DNA of 64,000 bases from Monocercomonoides exilis PA203 (taxonomy: Eukaryota > Protista > Preaxostyla): positions 372,001-436,000 of the forward strand of contig LSRY02000059.1 of the NCBI GenBank assembly GCA_001643675.2. Direction: 5' to 3'. The notes below the pieces were generated by a model. The model searched no databases and was not told the origin of the DNA. It saw nothing but the letters and a program-made list of their open reading frames with translations. This document shows positions 51,910 through 61,350 of this stretch, in pieces. The translations under genes were made by a program, and so were the position numbers. The first letter of the stretch is position 1. Each line of letters begins with the position of its first letter.

Positions 51910-53447
51910 CGATATTTTTTAATAATTGTTTATGTTTTTTTCAAATTTTGTAATAAAAACAATTGGAAACAAATTAAAATCAACAAATAATTAATAATAA
52001 TATATTAATCGATATTTTCATGCAATTTCAAACAATATTTATCTAATCAACCTAACCCTTAATGAAAAAAAATATTGATCAAACTACGTAATTTTTTATG
52101 ATACAGTCTTACCCAAAAAGATGTTGATCTGTCCTTTTTTAATGTCAATCATACCATGCTTATTAATTTTGATGGTAAACCATATTTTTCATTAATTTAT
52201 GGACAATAAAATAAATAATATTTTTCTCACGTTTTAAATGAAATTTTTTATTTTATTTTGGTATAGGCATACTCCGCATTGTTAATTGTTTGTTTTCGTG
52301 TTGTTTATTAACAGATGAGGTGGCTCAAAGTCAAAACATTTAGAGGTTATCAATCCATCCAAAAATCAATTTAACTGGAAAATGTTCGTGAATAAGGACT
52401 CATGCTATTAATTAACTATTAATTATTTCAACATCTGTTTTTCTTGTTTTTGAATCCAATTCTTTTTTGTGAAAAAAATCTTTTAACGATATTTGAATAT
52501 AATTTGTTTCATGTTGAATTCATTTCAAACAACAATAACCTCGACAATTGCATCAAAAAACTGTAACACAATTGATTATTTGTTGTTTGTTGTTTAAATT
52601 TTCTCTTTTCAACTAATTTTTAAAAAGTAAAAAATGATATCAACGCACAATTATAAAATTTTCATGTTCAATAAAAACATTGTTTTATGAATTGGAACAT
52701 AATAAACACGCAAATACAGCGTGTAAAAATACTTGAAGATTCTTTTGTTTCGTGGCAAATATAAATTGAATGCATGGTTCAATCAAATAATTTTATCAAA
52801 ACGATAATACCAATGAATATGTATATAAAAGGAATTATCTTTAATAAGTCATTATGAAATTTGCCTCATTCAAACAACAAATGTCTTTACGCTGTAAAAT
52901 GATGATAAAATGAAATAATGTTGTTTTCACGAAGTTTCTTTAAAATTTTCCTTTCAAAAAAAGAAGAAAATGAAAGTTATAGATTGTATATCGAAAACAA
53001 ACTTTTAGATATAGCAATTGCCTGAATATATTGTAACCTTTATTGTGAGAAAATTGGAAAACATATTTTCTCTTTTTGCAAAATATATAACTTCAATATT
53101 GTGAGAAACACTTTCTCCGTTAACTTCTCATATATTTCTTTCAACAGTTTGGGTTATATTTCTTTTCTTGATAAATATCGAAAAAAACAAAATAACAAAT
53201 TATTTTTCTTGTTGAAGACCATATAAAACCAGCAATATCATACGTTAAACTGCTTCAAATTTGTTTCTGCACAAGCTATTAACGAGAACGACTCTTCAAA
53301 AAATACTAGTGTAACAAAAAAATTTCCAACAATTATCACCTCATTCAATATTGGGTGAGAGTTATTTTAATTTTTGATGGTATGATCGACATTAAAAAGG
53401 ACAGATCAACATTTTTTTTGGGACGGACTGTATCAAAAAAATCACCC
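51910..53447 (+). repeat. Additional partial copy of the element A-terminus, split by the mariner-like insertion
   Basis: 51910-52103 plus 53433-53447 is a diverged direct repeat of ~50704-50919 and ends in TCACCC|AT. Confidence 0.75.
52104..53430. mobile_element. Tc1/mariner-superfamily non-autonomous element, 1327 bp, ~54-bp imperfect TIRs, TA target-site duplication
   Basis: TA|CAGTCTTACCCAAAAAGATGTTGATCTGTCCTTTTTTAATGTCAATCATACCAT ... ATGGTATGATCGACATTAAAAAGGACAGATCAACATTTTTTTTGGGACGGACTG|TA. CAGT termini with TA are typical of Tc1/mariner. Paralogous empty site near 50900. No transposase ORF. Confidence 0.88.
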
Positions 53448-54031
53448 ATATTATTAATTTTTAAAAAAATTCAAAAGAAAATCAATGTATAACAAACTAT
53501 TTGTGGAATAGATAAGCAGTTTCTTAATTCTGCTGGTAATTCTAAAACAAAACCATCATCCATTTCGGACATTAATTATCGACACAACACGACAGATCTT
53601 GAGATCTGAATGATCCAGACAGATCGGAACAGATCTTTGTCGCATTGATCTGTCGAAAACCCATTAAATACATTATTATTAATATATTAAATAAATGAAA
53701 CAGTTATTTATTATTAACTCAGAATGTAAATTTTTAAAAAACCAATTGTTCAAAAAATCCTTCTTTATTGTGAATGAATAAAAATATATCTTATCAATTT
53801 AAAAATGTATTTCATGTCTGTCGACCAGTCGAAACCACTTTTATAAGTCGGCTTGTCGCAAAGGCCTATTACTGAAAATAACTTTTTAATACCTTATTTT
53901 CTTGTATAATTTATTGAGAACAAAATATTCAAGCAACAGTGATCCGAAGTTTACCATAATTAATTAATCATTGATCAAACAATTTTTTATCTTTATATTT
54001 TGATAATTGTCTTCGCGTTTTCTTGATTTGT

Positions 54032-57000
54032 ATGGCTGAAAAATTTCGAGAAAGGAAATTTACAGCCGAAGTTGTGCAAACAAGACGCCCTGTTATTGAT
54101 AATGAAAAGCGAATTTTTACGCCAGAAGCAATTGGTTTGAATGCAATAAAATCATTAATTTGTGCGGGAAATGTTTTATAATAATAATATTTTGCTTTTG
54201 ACTGCATTTTGGGATGCCTTCAGAAAAGGATTCATCTTTTTCAATAAAAACGCCTCATTTGTCGTTATCAATTGATAAGTCATCCGTTCGTGAGTTTTTT
54301 TCGGTTGACAGTTCACAAATGGTCCATGCTATTAATCATGAAAATTATGATATTACGAATACGCTGGAAGGAATTCAGCCTCATGTTGAAAGTAATGAAT
54401 TACATTATGATAATCTGTTGACAGAACCCCTTCCACCGGTACAATATCGACCAATTCCTGCAACGCAATTAAATCAAGTTGATGACGGACCAATTCCGGA
54501 GTATATAGCTATGCTTTCTCTTTCTGATCCTTCGTATTCTAATGAAAAGAGAAGGAAAGATAATAGAAGAATAAAGCATCGTTACACCACATCAAACGAC
54601 CATCACAAGGAAGAGAAAAAAATGAGAGGTAAAAAAGACTCAACTGGTTTACAGAAATCTGCGTCCGGATCACATTCTTCCCAAGGTTCAATTGAAGGGA
54701 CGGTGTTAACAGCATCAGAAACTGGACGAGGCGAAGTGCAATCTTCAAATCATACAAACTTAAACACAACCAAATACTCCATGCTGACGAATACAACAAT
54801 GTCATTAGGAGATAATTATCAGCAGAAGTTTCGTTCGGATCAAATGGACAGTAATTTGCATGATGCACCCGAAGAACATAGTGGCAGCGAGAAATCAAAG
54901 CGGCACAAACACAAAGACGGTGATATGAAAAAGCTTTCACAGACCCAGCCGCTTCCTGCTGTGAATGCGCTTGAAGGCGATCTGCTCTCTTCTCGAAAAG
55001 GGCGGCACAGTGGCAATCACGAGCATCACCACCGTCACCATCACAAACACGGAGAAAATCGACATCACAGCCACCACAACCATCACAGTAGAAAAGGGAG
55101 TCCGCTGAACAATGCACCACAAACGCGCAATCCGATTCCAGTGGATCCGACATATGGCTACTTGGATGATCCATACACTCCGTCAAAGATGTACCTCTCT
55201 TCTTTATCATCTCTTACCTCATCCACACTCACCTCCACCAGTTCTCGCGAGTCAACCGACACATCCGTCTCCTCTTCATTGAAATCCTCTCCGCTCAGCT
55301 CTTCCCCCGTGGACTCTCCAAACGTTGGGCGGCAGTCTTCTCTTCTGCCGTCTACCTCGCTCACCCCGTCGCCCACAGCAAGTGCGCCAGCAGCGAGCAT
55401 CTTCCCTGCCTTTCTGACACACCCTGTGTCTTCTCCTCTCCCCATCGTCCACTCCTCCAACTCTCCCGAGCGCTCAGAGGGCACAAACTGCACTGGCTCG
55501 CGGATGGATGCGCAGAACACACAGAACTCGTATGCCGTCAAGCCGACTGTCACCAAGCGACTCAGCTCGCATCTGCCGTGCTTTGTGATCTCTGGCTCTT
55601 CTCGCAACATCCCTTCATCAAGTGGGGCAGCCACATCTCCTCCTTCTTCGCCTACTTGCAGTTCGAAGACTCCCTCTCACCACTCCTCTCTCCACTCCTC
55701 CAGCAACGCCCAGTCCTCTCAGCACTCGTCAGTCGCTGACTCCACACAGACTGCCTCTTTCTCTTCTCCCCACACAAAAGAGCAGAACTCCCCTGCTCGT
55801 CTCTCCACAGCCTCTCCTTCCTCTTCCTCTCTCAGCAACAATTCCTCCAAGTTTCTCGCAGCGTCTGTTGATTCTCTTGCCACTTCGTCCGATTCGCAGC
55901 GCCGCAGCGACTCTTCCCGCCATCTCGAAAGAGCAACTGCCTCTCTTCTTTCTCCCTCTCAGTCTTTTCCTTCTTCCCCTAAACCAGAATCACCTGTTGA
56001 CCAGCTGCCTCCACCTTTGTTTGCGTCTTCCTCTCTTCTCCAGCCAGCATCTGAGTTTACTTCCTCTTCTGCGTCCACATTTGTGGCCTCGCAGCATCTA
56101 CAGCCAACTTACTGCAGACAACATTCTTCTTCTTCCTCCTCCTCCTCCTCTTCCTCTTCCCTCTCTGCCTCTTCCTCCTTCCCATCAGGTGTCTCCCCTT
56201 CCTCTGCCTCTTCCTTCTCCACCGCCACGTCACTCATTGCCCCTCTCCCCTCCTCCTTCGATCCTTCCCTTGCTCCATCTCCCACCCCCTCGGACTCTCT
56301 CTTCGCCTCCTCCTCTGCACTCCACCCGCCTTCCCCAACACTTCACACCATCCGCAGCGAGTCCCAAAGCCCTTCTTCCACCCCTTCCCCTCACTTCCTC
56401 TCGTCTCCTCTTCTTTCCTTTGCTTCAGCAAATCCATCTGCTAACAATGCAAACGATGGGATGTTCCTGCAGTTGACTGAGACAGAGAAGAAAGAAGACG
56501 GCAGGAAGAGAATGGAGCACGAAATGTCTGCTCAGAAGGAGGCAGATGGGCAAATTGCTTCAACAGCTGCTGCTTCTGATGAAGTTGCCAATGGAATAAT
56601 TGGAGTTCAAAGCACAGAAGTTGCAGATGGCTTGGCAGAACATGCTGAAGAGACACGAAACTCGTCTGAAGAAGAAGACGAGGAGTCTTCCAGCACATAC
56701 AGCAGCAGCAGTAGTGGTAGTGACAGCGACAGTGATTCATCTTCTGATGACGATGACGATGATGAGGATGATGAAGATGAGAGCAATGAAGTTGGAGTAA
56801 GAGGCAGAGAAAGAGGAAGAGGAAGAGATGTTGAAGGAAATGAAGACGGAGAAGGAGAAGGAGACGAAAGTGATGATCGATCAAGCACAGATTCATCATC
56901 CATGTATTCCTCGCGCACTTCCTTCGGCTCTCGCCACTCGTCTCGCTCATCTCTCTCCTCCAACTCTCCCTCCACCTCTTCCCTCTCCTCCGAAGACTTC

Positions 57001-59676
57001 ATCCGGCGCGGCCTGATCTCAGCCACTTCTGAAGACATCACTGCCCCTTCCTCCATCCCAAGCTCCACCAACTTCTCCTCCAGCCTCTCCAGCTCTGCCA
57101 CACAGGCCACCCCGCCCCGCCAGCCGATCCGCAGCAGCCTTCCTTCTGCCTCTTCCTCTGGCTCTTTGGCATCCAACGGCAGCTTCTCCATCCTCGACCA
57201 CCCGCCCCTCATCTCCTTCGCTATGTCCTCGCCCCACCACAACCCGCAGGTCCCCTTTGTTGCTACGCCTTCTTCTTCTCTCATGTCGTTCTCTGCTTAT
57301 GGCTCTCCCTCTCTCAATCACTTGCTCCACTTCCAGCCGATGCAGCTGCCGAAACAGGCACTTGCTCAGTCACAGACATCTGTGAGTGATCTCTTTCATC
57401 CTCTTTCGTTGGGAATTACTCCACCCACACTGGCTGCCACTTCTCCTGCAGTTGCTGGCATTTCTTCTTCTGCTGCTTCTTCTTCATCTTCTTCTTCATC
57501 TTCTGGTTCTTCATCAACAGCTTCTTCAAACATCCATTCCTCATCCTCTTTCTCTTCTCTTTCCTCTCCTTCCAATTCTACCACAGTAGCTTCTTCTCCA
57601 ACTTCTTCTTCTTATTCTTCTTCTTCTTCCTCTTCCTCTTCCCAATCCTCTCAATCAGGCATCCCTCCTTCTCCCTCCATCTCCTCCTACCCAACCTTTG
57701 CAGCCGCCTCCTCCTTTTCCCTCACTCCTCCTCTTCCTTCTGCCCAGTCTCTTCTCTCTAATCCTCTCTCTCCTCTTGTCTCACCCACCCTCTTCCCTTC
57801 CTTCATGCACTCATCAATGGCCATGTCTTCCCCTGGAATGTCCCCCACATTCTTCTCTTCTCAGCCAATTCCTACTAATATAACTTCTTCTTCTTCTTCC
57901 TCTTCTTCCTCTTCTTCTAATTCATCATCATCATCATCATCTTCTTCTTCTGTAAAGACTGTTCAGATTAATCTCCCCAATTCCTCCCAACAGACACACA
58001 CACAGCATCAGCTTCAATCCCAGTCTCAATCTCAATCACAATCACAATCTCTTTCCTCTTCCAACTCCGACCAAAACGACGGCGATGGCGCAAGCACGGT
58101 CTCGTCTGAGCTGTCTGCCAATCTTCTCTCGTCTTCTCCTTCTGTCAGCATCAGCACTTCTGTCTTGTCACACGGCTTCTCCCCAACCATCGCCCCAACA
58201 CCTGACTTCGCCCACTCCCCCTTCCCTTCTCCTCCCTCTGGCCCCATCTCATCTGCTTCTGCTGCTTCTTCTTCTGCTTCTTCTTCTTCTCCTTTCTCCT
58301 TCGTCTCTCCTCATCTCTCTCCTGCCCCTTCTCCTCCTCAACTGTCACCTACTTCTCAGCCTTCGAAACTGAATCCAACGATGCCTTCTACTTCCTCCTC
58401 TTCCTCTTCTTTATCTTCTTCAGCAAACAGATCTGTTCTTCAGCCTTTCCCACATCTTTCAGCTTCTGCTCGCACCTTCACTCCTAGAAAACCTTCTTCA
58501 TTGTCTTCATCATCATCTTCTTCTTCTACTTCTTCTGTTGCTTCTTCTGCTTCAAATTCCACTTCCTCATTGCCCTCAGGCATCTCATCCCCCTCTTCCT
58601 TGTCTGTTTCCTCCCTCCCTTCACTCTCTGCCCAAACAGACCAATCTCCTTCTCTTCTGAACACCACCCCTTCCTCTCAGACACCTTCAATGTTGAATTC
58701 CCCCTCTCAATCACAGCAGACTGAAGACTCGTTCATCCCCCCTGTCCCACACAACATTCAGAGCATGGCTGACATCCCAGTTGGAATGGCTGCATCAAAA
58801 GAGGAGATGAGCCATCATCTGCAGAACAAGCTCATTTCAGGCGTTCCTCTCGCAGAAGTCCCACCGAATGTGTCTGGAGTGAGTATGATGCAGAACATGG
58901 TGCATTATAGTGTGCCATTGGGAAATGTGCCATTCATCGTGGGAGGAGGAGGAGGAGGAGGAGGAGGAGGAGGAGCCATTGGAGGGATAAGAGGCATGCC
59001 GAGTGCTGGTTCAGCCATCTCCCCCTCTCCACAGCTGACGATGGAGCAGTTCAATTCCCTTACTCCTCTTCAGCAGCAGCACATGGAGGCTGTGATGCAG
59101 TGGCAGCTCACAATGCAGCTGGAAATGGAGATGCAGCGCGAAGGCGCAGTCGAGAAAATGGCTGGGCTGCCTCCGCAGCCTTCTCCCTTCGCCTTTCTCG
59201 AGCAGTCTATTCCACCTGGCTACACAAAGACAGGCAGCTTTCTCCCCCACCGTGTGATCAACCCACAGGAACTCACAGGACTTTCTGTCGCGCCAAATCT
59301 CCGCCTCAAGCAAGGGCTGGGCGGAGGTGGCAGTGGAGGTGGAGGAATGGGAGGAGGAGGAGGAGGAGGAGCATCAGGAACAGCCTCTGCTTCTTCAAAG
59401 GGAGGTGCAGCTGAGACGAATTTCCCGCCAGATCGCTGCTTCCATTGCGGTGCGAAGGGCCATCTCTTCATTGACTGCCCTCATCACAAGCGGGAGAAGA
59501 CTATCGACAAGGACTCGTGCTTCAGATGTGGTAGAAAAGGTCATACTTCTAAGGAGTGCACATTTGAGGACACGCGCCTTTGTTTTGTTTGCGGGGGAGT
59601 GGGACACATTTCAAAGGAGTGCCCAATCAGAAGAAAAAAAAGGAAGGGAAAAAAGAAGGCAGAGCAAGCACAGTAA
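54032..59676 (+). CDS. Ser-rich protein with three C-terminal CCHC zinc knuckles; 2 exons (54032-54134, 54224-59676)
   Basis: CFHCGAKGHLFIDC, CFRCGRKGHTSKEC, CFVCGGVGHISKEC. Upstream exon MAEKFRERKF... joins in frame through a phase-1 GT..AG intron (54135-54223). PAM2-like LSASARTFTP. Confidence 0.85.
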
Positions 59677-59841
59677 ATTTATGTTTAAGTTTTACATTCT
59701 GTTATCTGAAGTCAATGATAATTGTTCATACTTTATACATCTCCTGTGGTTTTTATTTTTTTGTAAAGTTTTTTCATTTTTATTTATTTACGTTTATGAT
59801 CAAATTTTTTGATCAAAAGGGTTTTTTAAATATTGTTTCTT

Positions 59842-60914
59842 ATGTTGGAGCAAAAAAAGCCAAGATTTATAAAAGTTGAAGAGGAAAGAGTAGATTCTTC
59901 CACCTCTGAGGTGAAAGCGAACCCGATTCCGCGTGATTATGGTGCTTCTTTGGTTTCTGGAATAAAAGGTTTTTTTTTATTTCCCGAACGTACGATTTGT
60001 GTTTAAATTTAGCACTTTGAACAATTAGATAAACTTTCTGAAAAAGTTGAACATTCATTGGAATTTGAGTTTCCTCAAAAAATTAAAGAGTTTCAGAAAT
60101 ACGTTGAAGAAGTAAAATCTATTTCACTTGAAGACATCACAGCAGCTGCCATTCTTCCAACAAAAGAAGAGGTTAGTGATGATATAAAAGATAGAAAAAA
60201 GAGAATCAAACAGATTAAAAAAGAAAAGAGAGCCGAGCTAAAGAAAGAAGCAGAATTATCCACTTCTTCGGAAGAAAAAGACGATGACAATGAACACGAA
60301 TATGATTTTGAAGATGATATTTATTTACCTGCTGTTTTTATTCCTTCAAAACTTAAAGTTCCTCGAAACAATGCATTGGAGCGCTTGATATCAATTGCAA
60401 TACTGATTAAAGAAGAAATGACTTCTCTTCTTCTTGACCTAAGGACCTGGCTGCGCCTCAGGATTCCATCTTTACTTGGTTTTATTTTTATTTTAATTTC
60501 TTTTTTTAATTTGTATTATTATTATTATTATTTTTCCTTTTAATTGGCTAATATTCATTTTTCCACTTTTTTATTAACCCATGTTTTTCAGATGGTGACA
60601 ATCTCGGAAGTGATATTGTAAGTGCGCACATCGAAGCTATTACGTATGCCATTGATTGCGCAACTGGACTTCTGCAACTTGCAAGCACATACAGAGTTGC
60701 AAGAGGTAAATTGATTATGCAAATTTGTTCATCTCCGTTCAATGATGATCTGAGAAAGGCTTTTGTTGCTTCAGATGTTGATTTGTATCACAATCTTATG
60801 CAACTCATTCCAAATACAGTGAATGTTCTGATATCGACATACGATGCATTAGGAAAGAACATGGAACAGATCAAGGCTCCAAGAACTGTAGAGCAAAAGC
60901 AATGGCTGTATTGA
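59842..60914 (+). CDS. Proteasome activator PA28/REG (11S) family subunit; exons 59842-59968, 60029-60478, 60592-60914
   Basis: N-terminal FPQKIKE, charged insert, WLRLRIPSLLDGDNLG (canonical WxQLxIPRIEDGNNFG), YRVARGKLI...P.NDDLR, YDALGKNMEQIKAPR...LY C-terminus. Introns keep frame. Confidence 0.88.
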
Positions 60915-61350
60915 GAATAAAAGTATTTCTTTCGAATGAAAAAGCATCATTTCACTCTCTTAAACCACACTTCACGGACCAGTTTGATTCAGAAACATTT
61001 TGATTACACTTCATGTTTTTCTTCAGAAACGCAACAAATGCGTGCGAAATGAAAACTTTGATCAGCATAAAGACTGTCATTAAAAGAAAAATATGCAATA
61101 AAACAAAATTCATAAAATATAGAAACTTAAACTGAAAGAAAAATCAAAAAAGCCAAAAGGCAAATAGTGAGGTTATCTTTGAAAAGAAAAATACATATAA
61201 AGAACTGCATAAAATGGAGTTAAGACAAACATCACAACTTCATTGAATAAAACATATAGAAAAATTACATAAATATTGTCTTTCGATAAATATCAATAAA
61301 ACAAAAAATAAAACCAAATTTTTTAGAAATTATAATTCAGAACACATTGT

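Noticed and set aside
59437-59625. Zinc knuckles as retrotransposon Gag
   Set aside because: No protease, RT, integrase or LTRs; the gene is spliced and followed directly by a host gene.
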